A DNA stretch of 64,000 nt from Felis catus (lineage: Eukaryota): contig NC_058383.1 in assembly GCF_018350175.1 (NCBI RefSeq), forward strand, positions 15,068,001 through 15,132,000, given 5' to 3'. This document shows, in pieces, positions 49,764 to 61,879 of this stretch. The notes under the pieces are model-generated. The model did not search any database. It was not told the DNA's origin and saw only the letters and a list, made by a program, of their open reading frames with translations. Position numbers and translations under genes: made by a program. Position 1 is the stretch's first letter. Every line of letters starts with the position of its first letter.

Positions 49764-51630
49764 AGAACCTAAGTGCCCATCAATAGATAAATTGATGAAG
49801 AAAATGTGATCTATATGGGATCATTCATTCATTTTCTTCATTGACTTATCCATTGATGAACACTTCGGTTGTTTCCATACCTTGTCTACTGTGAATAATG
49901 CTGCACTCTACATGAGAGTACAGATATCTCTTTGATGGTGATTTTGTTTCCTTTGGATATGTCCCCAGAAGTGTAATTACTGGATCTCATGGAAACTCTA
50001 TTTTTAATTGAGGAAACTCCGCACTGTTTTCTACCGTGGTTGTACCAATTTACATGCTCACCAACAGCGCCCAAGTGTTCCCTTCAACACAATTCTGTTT
50101 GGAAGTTACCTTTGGACAAAACGTTGAGCGGAATGAGTGGTATTTAGCGAGGTACAACTTGCTGAGAGCAAGAAGTCAGAAGTAGAGTGTGAGGTCCAGC
50201 CAGCCCCAAAGCTAAGTCTTGCATTTACTGGAACACGTGGGCACTGGAGCGCCTTCTATAGGATGCATGTTGTCAAAGAAGAAAACAGTCTGCTCAACGT
50301 GCTGATGAGCAACAAATTCTGACCACGGTGGTTTGTGCTTATTGTCTCTGAAGCTGTCCTCCTGCAGAGGACACTTCACTTACAATATTTTCATACCAAG
50401 GAATATTCAAAAGCTCAAATAACAGATAAAAACTTAACTGCTGGTTAGGAAATGTCCAGTGAGTTTCTGAAAAATACAAAAGCACATGCTAAATGTTCCC
50501 TTAAATGTAACATAAAAGTGAAATTCACTTTCTCCCTGTTTCTACCCCAAGTCACTTAGATATATAATAATAACATGGATACCCAGACAAAGCCAAGATT
50601 CTAATCCACGTCTAAAAACTGTAAGTAGTTCCTCAAAAGCACCTGCAACATAATTCTGCAATTGCTACTCTTCAGGAGTCCCAATGTCCCTTCATGTCCT
50701 GGCTGAGAGTCACATAAGCAAAACATCCTAAATCCTGGTTCCTCAAAATGAAAACCAAGAAATATAAATGGCTCTGAGCAACTCAATCGAAAATTGAAAA
50801 TCGCAACGCAGTAGGAAACTGGATACTTCCTTAACATAAATACATATATATCCACACCAGTTCAAGAGTCAGTATCCAGCCTCTTCCTTTTGAGAAAATC
50901 CCAGAGACTTAATTGCTAAAATCAAGATAAAGTCTCTATCTTCACTACTATTCACTGTATTGTTACTGTCTCTGTTACTGTTCCCACTGCATCGTCGGCA
51001 TTAACCAATATGATTAGACAAGCAATTAGGGGCATAAGATTAGAAAGGAAGAAACAAAATAAAACCAGCTCTCCTTCAATAATATAATTATATATCTAGA
51101 AACCCAAAAGAACCCATGAAAAACCTATTGCACATAATAAGAGAATCTAACAAACTTTCAGGATATAAGATTAACATATAGAACTTATTAGACTTCATAT
51201 ATAGAAACAATACTGAGAAGAAGTAACACACAAGCAGAGCCTGTTCACAACGCCAAAAATAAATAAATTAGAAGTGTTACATATTTAAAAGTTCTATCAA
51301 AAGGAAAAGTAAAGGAATTCCTAAAAGTAGAAAATAAACTAAAACATGCAGACACAACTATATTTCAGGTCGATGCTTAACTTTGGAGAGAAGGATTTTT
51401 TTAATCCTTTAAAACTTAATATTTTGATTGCACATCCCAAGTGAGATAGAGCCTAGGGAAGAAATCATAAATAAATTAATGTTATTAGGAATCAAGATTT
51501 TCTGTGGTGCAGAAAAGAGACATAGATATAAAATTTTAAAGTGAAATAAGAACCCGAAAACTTAATTTGCATAACAATATTAGTATGACTTCAGGATTTA
51601 TTTTTGTCTTTCAAGAACACGCGTGTCCCA

Positions 51631-51839
51631 GGGCGCCTGGGTGGCTCAGTGGGTTAAGCATCGACTTAGGCTCGGGTTGTGACCTCAGGGGTTCAAGAGT
51701 TCAAGCCCCACATCGGGTTCTCCCCTGCCAGTGTGGAGCTTGTTTCAGACTGTCTCCCTCTCTCTGCCCCTCCCCCACTCTCCTTCCCTCCCTCCATCTC
51801 TCTCTCTCTCAAAAATAAATAAGCATTAAAAAAAGAAAA
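51631..51839 (+). mobile_element. Can-SINE
   Basis: TSD aagaacacgcgtgtcc / aagaacatgcatgtcc. Confidence 0.93.
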
Positions 51840-52504
51840 AAGAACATGCATGTCCTGGCTCTGTCACTAAAAAGCCTTGACAGTTATAAAACCAGAAGCA
51901 ATGAGCACCACTAGAACTCATACTGTGGTCTCTAAATACCATTTTCAGCCATAAGGACTCAGCTCCATGGGAGGAAACATAAAAGTCAGGCCTGAATACA
52001 GATAAGCTCCCAATGACGTCATGTGATAGAGGAGGCCAACTTTAAGATAGGTCCAATGGCCAGATTCAGAATAATCCATTACTCTGAAAATGGATATGAA
52101 TGCAACTGCTAGGGCACCAACTACTCATTATTTTTTTAAAAGAAATGATAAATGAAAGGAAATAATCAAGCAATTCACCCTGCCTTTCTATATAGACTGT
52201 TGATGATAAGAAGTTCTTTAGAGAGGCATCACAAGTAAATTCAGAAGGAATGCTAAAATGAAAACAACCCCATTTTTCCACCTATCATGAAATAATAGAT
52301 CTAGGTAATGATCATCAATGGCTATTAAAATCATAACGTGTAACATTGATAGAGAATTTGGCTGGGATGAATCAGGCTGATAGAACCTCAATCTTAACAT
52401 CGACAAAGTGGGACAACCACATATTAAGTGCCTTCTGATGTGAGGCAATAGGAGGCACACAGCAAACCTAAACATGTTCTTTACATAGGAATAGAATACG
52501 AATT

Positions 52505-52725
52505 GGGGCACCTGGGTGGCTCAGTTGAGCGTCCAACTTCAGCTCAAGCCATGATCTCATGGTTCATGAGTTCGAGTCCCATCTCGGGCTTTTTGCTGTC
52601 AGTGCAGAACCTGCTTCGAGTCCTCTGTCTCCCTCTCTCTCTGCCCCTCCCCTGCTCGTGATCTCTCTCCCTTTCTCTGTCTCTCTCTCTGTCTCTCTCT
52701 CTCAAAAATGAAAAAACATAAAAAA
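52505..52725 (+). mobile_element. Can-SINE
   Basis: TSD aatagaatacgaat / aatagaatatgaat. Confidence 0.93.
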
Positions 52726-53101
52726 GAATAGAATATGAATATAATCAAGCCCTCAGATATAAATACAGGGTCATAGAGCATAAAGAAATGTGTTAAATAA
52801 CACGTGAGACTAGAGTAAAACAAAAACAGAATATGGCAAGTCCTACAGGACAAACTAGACGGTCTCTGTAACAAATAAATGGTATGGAAAGAAAAGGAGG
52901 GCAACTATTATGGATTAAAAGATACTTAAAAGAACTATCAATTAACTGTGATCCATGCATCTTATTTGGATCTTGATTTGAATAAACTACATAATTGAGG
53001 CAACAGGGAAAAGCGAACATGGGGATGATATTGAACAATTACTGTTAATTCTGTTGAGAGTGATAATAGTATTTTAGTTCCATAAATAAAAAGCATCTGT
53101 A

Positions 53102-53328
53102 GGGGCGCCTGGGTGGCTCAGTCAGCTGAGTGTCCGGCTTCGGCTCAGGTCATGATCTCGCGGTCCGTGAGTTCGAGCCCTGTGTCAGGCTCTGTGCTGA
53201 CAGCTCTGAGCCTGGAGCCTGTTTCGGATTCTGTGTCTCCCTCTCTCTCTCTGCCCCTCCCCCACTCACTGTCTGTCTGTCCGTCTGTCTGTCTTTCTCT
53301 CAAAAATAAACATTAAAAACATTAAAAA
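53102..53328 (+). mobile_element. Can-SINE (first of a tandem pair)
   Basis: Head ggggcgcctgggtggctcagtc; preceded by aaagcatctgta. Confidence 0.95.
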
Positions 53329-53332
53329 TTTT

Positions 53333-53542
53333 GGGGGGCGTCTGGGTGGCTCAGTCGGTTGGGTGGCCGACTTCGGCTCAGGTCACGATCTCGCGGTATG
53401 TGGGTTCGAGCCCCACGTCAGGCTCTGTGCTGACTGCTCAGAGCCTGGAGCCTGTTTCCGATTCTGTGTCTCCCTCTCTCTCTGCCCCTCCCCCACTCAT
53501 GCTCTGTCTCTCTGTCTCAGAAATAAATAAACATTAAAAAAG
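53333..53542 (+). mobile_element. Can-SINE (second of a tandem pair)
   Basis: Head ggggcgtctgggtggctcagtcgg; followed by aaagcatctgta. Confidence 0.95.
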
Positions 53543-54710
53543 AAAGCATCTGTATATATTAGAAATACATGTTGAAGTATTTATGTGTGAAATTACACAC
53601 CATACCAGGAAACATAAAACAAGATTAAAAGATACCCATCATTCTCGGAGTTTGCGTTTCATACACCTAGTTCCATTACACTAGTCTCTATTTTTGTAAT
53701 TTTTTGAAAAATTTGAAATTTTCCGTAGTAAGAAGTTTTTAAAATGGTTAGAAACAAGGTGGGATAAGTATGGATCTTGACACCTTATCTTGTGTGTAAA
53801 GGGGACAGAATATGCTCTGGACACATGGTCAGTTTTGCATTCAAGTGGGTTGGACATTCACTAGTGTTTGCTGAGGTAAGTAGATGAAGAGGCCAGGTTA
53901 GAAACGAGGGCGCGGGACAGGGGCTTCTCCTTAGCTTTCCTTGGCTGAGTAAGATGGCATAATAGAGTTTCTGCCACCCTTGCTGTGATCACTGGCATGG
54001 TAGCTCGGATGATCCCTGCAAACGTGCTCAGGGTTTGGAATTAGTAGACACCTAGTAAATGTTTGTTGAATGAATGTGGGATGCTATGAAGCCCGTGCCT
54101 ACAGGATGTGCTGTGAGGCATTCCAAACAATCCACCCTCACGCTGAACTCTCTCACTTACAAGTATATCACAATGGCTAGAATGTCCGCCATGACAGACA
54201 CTCCTTTCGTCCGTGACCTTGTTACAGGAATTGTTCTTAGACGTGGAGTCTCTGGACAGGGGCGTATGGTGATTTGTTGTAAGGTAAGTGGCAAGTAAGC
54301 TGTGACTAATGATACTAAGCACATCTAAGAGAAGAGTATCATTAGTCTTCATAGTACAAGGATATTAGCATAACCAGGGAGTCCTGCATGGAACGTAGCA
54401 AGAAAAGGGGGGGGGCATCTGCTGTCTCACTTTGGTCTTCAAAGGTCCCAATGGGTTCATCCCAGCAGGATTTGGTGTGCAGCCCCAGGCTGCAGGGCCC
54501 ACTTAGCCCTGCTGCGACCCCTGACGGACCCCCCACCACCTTAATCTCACCCACTCCCTGCCGTCTTGGACCCACATCCAGCCTCTGACCTGAAGACACG
54601 GTATAGGAAGTTCCTCCAAGTGACTCCCACTCGTTGTACTGGCAGAGGAGGCAGCATCTAGCTTCCCTTTGCTAGATGCTAGATGCTAGATTATTTGACA
54701 CCAAATAATA

Positions 54711-54811
54711 CCATACCTCATGTTCCAAGACTCTAACTACGTTCATGTTTTAACATCTGTGAAGTCAGGGAGACTTTTACAATCGTTGACATCTAAACTG
54801 GATGAAATACC
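54711..54811 (+). mobile_element. Short TcMar-Tc2 MITE (MER104/Kanga-like)
   Basis: ta-ccatacctcatg...ttttaacatctgtgaagtcaggg...ttacaatcg...gatgaaatacc-ta; degenerate TIRs and TA flanks. Confidence 0.65.
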
Positions 54812-54814
54812 TAG

Positions 54815-54990
54815 TAATGGCTGACCCAAATGAAGTACTCCGTGCCAAGCGTGGGGTTCTAGGAACTTGACGTGAATTTATTACTTAATCCTCATGATAG
54901 CTCTGTGAGGCGGGTCCTAAAATTAATATTATCCCCATTCTAGAGGTGAGGAAACTGAGGCACGAGGCACAGAGCTGGTGAATGGCGGAA
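54815..54990 (-). mobile_element. MIR (antisense)
   Basis: ttaatcctcatgatagctctgtgagg...tattatccccattctagaggtgaggaaactgaggcac. Confidence 0.88.
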
Positions 54991-55616
54991 GGAGGAACAT
55001 GCATGCTGTGTTCCCAAACATGGCTCCTCTCTCGAGCCCCACAGTAGGGCCCACTAAGTTTCTGCAAAGAGGCTGAGGTGGTGCCCGGCTGGTGCCCCTC
55101 CTGCCCAGCCCTTGGGGATCCCCCAGAGCATCCTGGCAGGGTCCCTCTGGCCACCCACAGCCTCTCTCTTTATCTAGCATGCATACAAATGCTGTCATTC
55201 CTGCATGTGCCATGGCCCCAACCTGGTTGGCAAACGTGGCACCCTATGGGGGACCTTTGGGGGCCAGGCGCGCTCTTTTTGTTTTCCGCTGCCCAGGATT
55301 CAGTCATGAACCCCAGTGTGGACCCTGGTTCCCTGCCTCCTACCACTTCCCCTCATTCAGGGGGGAAGCCCTGCCCCCAGGGCATCCACTCTCCTGGCTG
55401 GGACTCTTTTCCCCGGACAATGAAAGATACTCAAGACAGCTCCCAAATACGGACCCAGAATGCTGACTGCCACCCAGACCCCACCCTGGCTCACTGGGGC
55501 GCAGGTGGGCCTGCATGCCCAGGGACAGCCATTGGATGAACTGACCCCCAGCCCCTGTCCAACCCCCCATGCCTGTCCCACCGAACCTGTTTTGGGAAAA
55601 CCAAACCGGGACACCC

Positions 55617-56032
55617 AGTCAGTCAGAGAAAGACAAATACCGTACGATTTTACTCATATGTGCAATGCAAGGAACAACACAAATGAGCAAAGGTGGGCGA
55701 GGGAAAGAGAGGCAAAGCAAGAAACGGACTCTTGACTGTAGAGAACCGTCAGTTACCAGCGGGGAGGTGGGTGGGGGGATGGGTGAAATAGGTGATGGGG
55801 ATTAAGAAGTGCCCCTGTCGTGATGACCACTGAGCAAGGTGAAAGTGTTAAATCACTATATGGTACACCTGAAATTAATATAACGTTATATGTTATATAT
55901 ATATATGTTACATATTATATACATTATGTAATACTATATATAAATATAAATATAATTTATATAACACTATATATAAATTAATATAACACTATACGTTAAC
56001 TAACTGGAATTTAAATAAAAACTTTTAAAAAA
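55617..56032 (+). mobile_element. 5'-truncated carnivore L1 3' UTR with internal TA expansion
   Basis: agtcagtcagagaaagacaaatacc...gggtgaaataggtgatggggattaagaagtgc...gttaactaactggaatttaaataaaaac. Confidence 0.9.
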
Positions 56033-56555
56033 TACCTCACGTTCCAAACCAAGCCCCAGGCCTTGGTCAAATTCTCTGTCCCCAGCCTCAGGAAGTTTCC
56101 AGAACCTGTCAACCATTGGAAATCCCCAATACACCCCGCTCTCCCTGGAGGACCCCTCTCCCCACCCCTAAAAAGAAGCTCCCAGATGATGGAGGCCACA
56201 CCCCCCAGCCTGGTTTTCCTAGTAGGACAACATTCATCCATCTGCCTCCTGGCCATGGCTGGTCCTGCTCTGCCAGCTCCCTGAGAAGCTTCCAGAAGGC
56301 CACGCAGGCTGGCGCCTAGAACCTATTTCGACAAGGTCAGTCCCACCCTCTGACCTGGGGGCTGCCTCCTGCAGGGGAAGACATTATTAATACCTGCTTT
56401 TTCACTGCTGGGCGTCCGGGCAAGTTTTGCCACTGACACACGTGCATACATGCATGCATGCCCGCACACATGCACGCATGCCCACACACGCATGTTCCCC
56501 TTCCTTCTGCTTCCACGCCGTCTCTGAGGCTTTCTGCTTTTAAGAGTCCCCTAGT

Positions 56556-56724
56556 GGGGAGCCTGGGTGTCTCCGTCGGTTAAGCGTCTGCCTCTTGATT
56601 TCTGCTCAGGTCATGATCTCCCGGTTTGCAGGATCGAGCCCCATGTCAGGCTCTGTGCTGACAGTGCAGAGCCTGCTTGGGATTCTCTGTCTCCCTCTAT
56701 CTCTGCCCCTGCCCTGCTTGCATG
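56556..56724 (+). mobile_element. 3'-truncated Can-SINE (no tail)
   Basis: ggggagcctgggtgtctccgtcggttaagcgtc...ctgcccctgccctgcttgcatgc followed by unrelated sequence. Confidence 0.9.
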
Positions 56725-57158
56725 CAAGCAGCAAGGTCTGGAAGGACCTCACTCGACCTTTCCCGACCCCACCCCCACTGCCACTCTCACCCTCACCCCA
56801 GTACAGGAGCATAGAACTTTCTAGAGATAGAGCAGAAGGGAAGAGTTTGGAAATGGCCAGCGTAAATTGCCAGTGTGGGTTAGTCAAGCAAATGTTTGAG
56901 AAAGGATGTCCTGAATTTTCCTTAAGTCTCTTTCTCTCTCCCAGGACTGCTGAGACGCAGGAGCTGTGGGCCAGGGACCATGTGCCCTGTGTCTCCACGT
57001 GTCCCCACCCTTTGCAGTTGCCAAGTCTATCCCTCGCTCAAACATTTGTTCCCGTTTTTGTGACGTGACTGGATGGCCTGAGACCCCCACTGGTCATTTA
57101 ATTGCCCTTCTCGACGGTGGTCCTCTTGCCTCCAAATGTACATCCTGAAATCCAGGGA

Positions 57159-57548
57159 TGCTGTGGACTGGACTGTGTCCCCTCCGAATTCACATGCTGC
57201 AGCTCTAACCCCCAACTGTGAGTGTATTTGGAGAGAAGGCCTTTATAGAAGCAATTTAGGCTAAATGAGATCGTAAGTGTTGAGCCCTAATCCTTTGGGA
57301 CTGTAGCCTTATAAGAAGAAAAAACAACCACTCTCTCTCTCCTTCACCTTCTCTTGCTCTCTCTCTTTCTGCCATGTGAGGACACAGTGAGAAGGTAGAT
57401 GTCTGCAAGCCAGGAAGAGCTCCCACCAGAACCTGACCAGGCTCTACCCTGATCTCAGACTTCCAGTCTCCAGAACTGTGGGAAAATCAATGTGTGTTGA
57501 TTAAGCCCCCCAGTCGGTGGTGTTTCTTCATGCAGTCAGAGCTGGCGA
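57159..57548 (+). mobile_element. MaLR LTR MLT1A-like
   Basis: tgctgtggactggactgtgtcccc...gccatgtgaggacacagtgagaagg...ctcagacttccagtctccagaactgtg. Confidence 0.92.
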
Positions 57549-57621
57549 GGTTTGCACCCTGCTCTTGGCTCAGCACTAGAGTCTAATTCATACGAGTGTG
57601 GGATCCTTATTTTAAAGCAGC

Positions 57622-57990
57622 CAGTGGTGACCCCAGTGCCTACAGGGACTGGGCGGTAACATAAAGATACAAAAAAGCCAAATGTCCAGTACAAAGGTGG
57701 CAGGAGACCATGATGGAATGATTCCCCTTGTCCAAAGGGGTGGCCACAGCTCATCACCAACTGACTGTTGCTGTCGGGATACGTTCCAGTATGGCCAGAT
57801 GGAATGTTTAAAAAGGAACTGGAAACGCGGATTGTTAAAGTAATATATCAGCTGATTTTTAAAATGCCGGCGACCGCGTCAAAAGTTTTAAGACAGCAAC
57901 AAAATAAAAAACACAACAACGCAAGAACAGCAATGACAGACCTCTTTGCGGGCTAGCTCTGGTCCGTGAGCCATCTAGTTCACCATCTCA
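57622..57990 (+). mobile_element. hAT-Charlie element, MER102-like
   Basis: tgcctacagggactgggcggtaacataaa...ccagtatggccagat...gatttttaaaatgccggcgac...tgcgggctagctctggtccgtgagcc. Confidence 0.7.
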
Positions 57991-59911
57991 TTTGGGAGGA
58001 ACCTCCTGGACAATTCTGGAAGCCAGAGCAGTGATTCAGATGGTGGGACCCCGGCAGTAGGAAGAGGCCTGTGTGTGGCTAGGGGGCATAGATGTGGCCC
58101 ACCGGCCTCACCATGGGGACCTGGCTGTCTGGTACAGGCCGGCTCTCAACTGTGGCTTCCCTCATCAGTGGTCATGCAGGTGCCTGTGCCCCATGTACTC
58201 CCCGGGGGCCAGGACCTCCCATCTAGAAGCAGCACAAAAGCAAACAGCCTCGGCCCCAGACTCACTTTGCCCGGGCGCTATGGCGACGCTCTTCCAGAAG
58301 CCGATCACGATGCCTACACGGGCCCCTTCCCTCCACCCTTGACACTTCCCGGTCTCCACCCGCGACGTCACACCCAGCTGGAATGCACTGGAATGAGCTG
58401 GTACAGGAGGCAGAGAAGTGCAGGACAGCAGCAAGAAGCCACAGGGAGCTGAGGCCAAAGCCTCGATCCAGGGCGTGCTTGGCCAAAACATGCTCCAGGC
58501 ACCAGGACGGCTGCCAGAGCAGGCTCACCTCCTCGGGGATTCCCAGTAGAGGCCTGAGTCCTCATCTAGGCTGGAGACCTGGAGACATGCTCAGTACGTA
58601 CGGCTGAGGAAGGTCCAGATAGGGATCTAGAGGCCGGGCTTTGGGAAACACCAGTGCCGTTGGGTGCCCTCCACCCTGCCTCCCAAGGAGGACGCGGACG
58701 AGACCTCCCACGCAGCGGACTTTGGTTGCCCAGAGGGCTGGAGGCTGCAGTCTCCGGCATGTCGGAGGCATCCTGCAACCCCTACTTTATCCCTCCAACC
58801 CAGACGAGACAAAGATTGGACGCCAGGCAACAAAATCAGGGTACAGAACCACCACTGGTTTGTGTGAACAAGCCGGCATTAAGGACCTAAACCAAAAGTG
58901 ACAAGGAAATCAATTACAGGCCCGAGGGGGCTCCGCTCCCACCGAGCTCTCACAGCCCCTCTCCCGCCAGCACCGGTTCCTAAGTGACTATTCCATCAGG
59001 CCTTGTGTATTTGAATGTGTTCATTATATTTTAATATGATTATGTTCAATCCAGTAGACTGAAACAGATTTGTCCAGATGTATAATTAGTTTCTAAATGC
59101 TTATTATTCTTGGTGGCAGAGTTGGCAGAGGCTTTGAGAATGGAGAGGAGTCCATTAACTCCTCTTGTTCATTAGTCATGGTTGTGGGGACTCATCAATA
59201 GGTCTGGGGTCACCCTGGCTTCCCTGGGACACACGGGCCTCAGACTCCGTCGCGGTGATCTTGTGCTCTGAGCCCCACCCAGCGATCGCTGGGTCTCCAG
59301 GTTGACCTGGAGCTCCTCCCCCTCTGCCTGCCGGTTCTTCCCCATTCCTCATCTTTGGGAGGAGCTCTGTACCCCCACCCCAGGGGTCTGGAGGATGGCA
59401 GTCCCCACATTCGCCACGGTGTCCCTAGCACCTAGCACAGGACCTGCCCTGGCTATATACCCACCACTCCTGGGCACGCCCAGCTCACCTAGGGCTCCTG
59501 GAACTTGAGAGAGCTTTCCAAGGGGACAACTCTTTTAGACGAACCCTATCTTGATGGGCCTTCAGTGGCTCAGGCTCTTTATATCCTAGATGGTGACTTT
59601 GCTTCCTGGTTGGGTAGACCGGCTGATCCACTGAGAAGCAAGGAAGAGAGACGATCCCAGGAACACTTGGTTTTCCCTCACTGATGCCCAGGGGTACCTC
59701 TGGGCAGGGCATTTGCTGGTCATTTTTAACTCAGGGCTTATGTCTGGGTCTTCTTGAGGAATCCTTGGACGCTGGGCTTGGGAAGTACTCTTAGTCCTGA
59801 CTCTGGGAATACTGTCCCAGCTCTCTTTCCGCAGCTGGCCTGGGAGTCATTCCAGGGATCTGCCCCATCTTCTGAGCATTCCCAGGGTGTGTATGCAAAT
59901 CAGCGTTCACT

Positions 59912-59939
59912 ATAACCCTAAGCCTAACCCTAACCTTAG
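59912..59939 (-). repeat. Short degenerate telomere-like (TTAGGG)n tract
   Basis: taaccc-taagcc-taaccc-taacct-tag. Confidence 0.55.
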
Positions 59940-59991
59940 CACTGTCTGAAGACATAACCAGAAAGCAGCTTGGGAAAATAAAGCAAGACGC

Positions 59992-60031
59992 CACAGACAC
60001 ATAAGTTGCATCACAGACACATAAGTTGCAT
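59992..60031. repeat. Perfect 20-bp tandem duplication
   Basis: cacagacacataagttgcat x2. Confidence 0.95.
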
Positions 60032-61879
60032 ATGTGGGCTTTGCTCCAGCCCAGGAAGAAATAGCTACCCGATCTCACCCTGCACCCCGCAGGCCGCACG
60101 ACCTCTCACAACCCCAAACAGATACCACTTTTCATTAGGTAGATGCTGCCTGGGAGGCTTCGTTCGCTGCCGATGGATACCAGAATTTCAGGGCTCCTTT
60201 ACCCCTGACTGTCATGGGCTGGGGCCAGCAGGGCAGTGACGGGGACAAGCTGGGACTCACCTGAGCACCTGGTCCCTGGGATAAGGGACTTGCCTCTTCA
60301 ACAACACCCAGCAAAGGCAGTAGAGCTTCAGAAAGAGACAGGCTGCTTTATTTCCCCAGATTCCTGGGCACAGAAACTCGGTGAGGCGGGCGGCGGCGGG
60401 GGGCGGGGAGGTCATCATGCTTCATTTCCTCGTTGCCCAGGGCCTTGGCAGAGCAAGTGCTAATTCTGGGAGCTGTTCTGGCCAGACTCGTGAGCGTGAG
60501 AGACCACAGCCCCCCGGCTGTCTAAGAGCTTGAAGGGAGGGGGCTCGTGCTGCCTTCAGATCCACCCTTTGGAGAGGGACCCCGGCTGGTTGTGAACCTC
60601 CCTCTCCCATCCTCTGCCCCTAACTAGTCTCCTCTCTTCAGGGGACCGTCAGCCCAAGTGGCCCTTGCTTCTGGTGCCAAGCGGCACCTGGCATTGTGCT
60701 TTCAGCTGACTTAAAACGTTCCTTTCCAGGGAGATTCAATTTCAATACACATTTATCATTTATGCTGTTAATGCTTGCTCTTAACCCTTCGTGTAAATTT
60801 CCACCGTCCTCTTCCTCTCTTTTCACCTTTTTGGTTTTACCTCCTTACTTTGTTGGCTCTCTCTTTGACACTAAGCGCATCAGTGTCATCTGATTTTCAT
60901 CACCTCGTCTTTAGTTTTACTGGGTGTTTATTCAGAATGTGTGTGTCTCGTGTGTTTCCTTTTCTCTTTATTCTCTCTTAGTTTTCTTTCCATCTCAAAC
61001 TTCGATTTTCCTGCTTTCTGCCATTCCTGCCTCCCTGTGCACAGGTAACCCTCTACTTACCTCCCTGGCTTTTTTTTCTTCTGCTTTTCCGAGGCGCTAA
61101 TAGGGCAAGTCTACCCCCAGGGCAGAAAGTGCCAGGCTGCACACATAGGTCAAGGGAAGAGGCTCCTTCCTTCACTCTGTCCTTGGAGAGCTGGCTCCCC
61201 AGATAATCTCATCCCAGGAGACCCCTGAGACACCGCCCCTGAGCCAGGGCAGGAATTATTACCTCCCTAGAGGGGGCCCATGTACTCTCTGGAAAGGGCC
61301 TTGCATCCTGAGGGCCCACACCACGTAAGCATTCTAGAAGGAGGCCTCACATTTTATAATAATCCAGCTGCTGAAAAACACATGCATCTAAATTTGTGCC
61401 TTCCTGCCAGCTGGCAGGAGGGGCCCAGCTTCCTGCCCCTGAGCAGGAGCCCCCAAGATTGGCCAACGCTCAGGAAACGCAGCAGAGACAGACCGGTACT
61501 GATCTGTGTCACATGTATCGAATTTCAGACCGGGACACCTTGTTTTATGGGATTTTAAGAAGACCCTTCTGTGGGGCAGGTCCTCCAGGCCCGGCTCCAC
61601 AGAGAGACAGATGGGGCCAAGCAGGGCTATTCGGCTGTGACCACTGAGCTGAAATTCTCAGCTGAGGAATAGTCTCTTAGGAACCACCCTGTCAACTTCA
61701 TCTAGGGCTTTGTTTTGGGGACAGTGACCAGCTATGGCCAGCACTGACCCCGCTGTATGCTGCTTATCTGCCTCGACCCTGCTGGGGCCCATCACCCACA
61801 GTGCGGCCTGCGGTGGGCTGCAATTCTCGCCCACAACTTCGTCCCCCCCTACCTAGGTGGCCAGGCAGCCTGCTCCTCT

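Larger units (their letters stand above)
49075..50085 (-). mobile_element. L1 (L1MA9-like) 3' end, antisense, rearranged internally by inverted duplications
   Basis: tctctagaacatattcatcttgtaactaaaattttgtaacc; tggcttatttcacttagcataatg; ggttgtttccataccttg; ttgtaccaatttacatgctcaccaacag. Confidence 0.9.
50890..53745 (+). mobile_element. Fragmented ancient L1M (ORF2 pieces, then L1MC/ME-type 3' UTR) hosting four SINEs
   Basis: gattagaaaggaagaaacaaaat; tatatctagaaacccaaaagaa; gcaatgagcaccactagaactcatactgtggtctctaaatacc; tcttatttggatcttgatttgaataaac; tttgaaattttccgtagtaa. Confidence 0.7.

Noticed and set aside
54653..54690. agcatctagc...gctagatgct hairpin with a gctagat repeat
   Set aside because: 10-bp stem only; too short to argue for a structured RNA or terminator
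55078..58901. Many overlapping 60-157 aa ORFs on both strands
   Set aside because: Expected from stop-codon scarcity in GC-rich DNA; no consistent exon structure or domain
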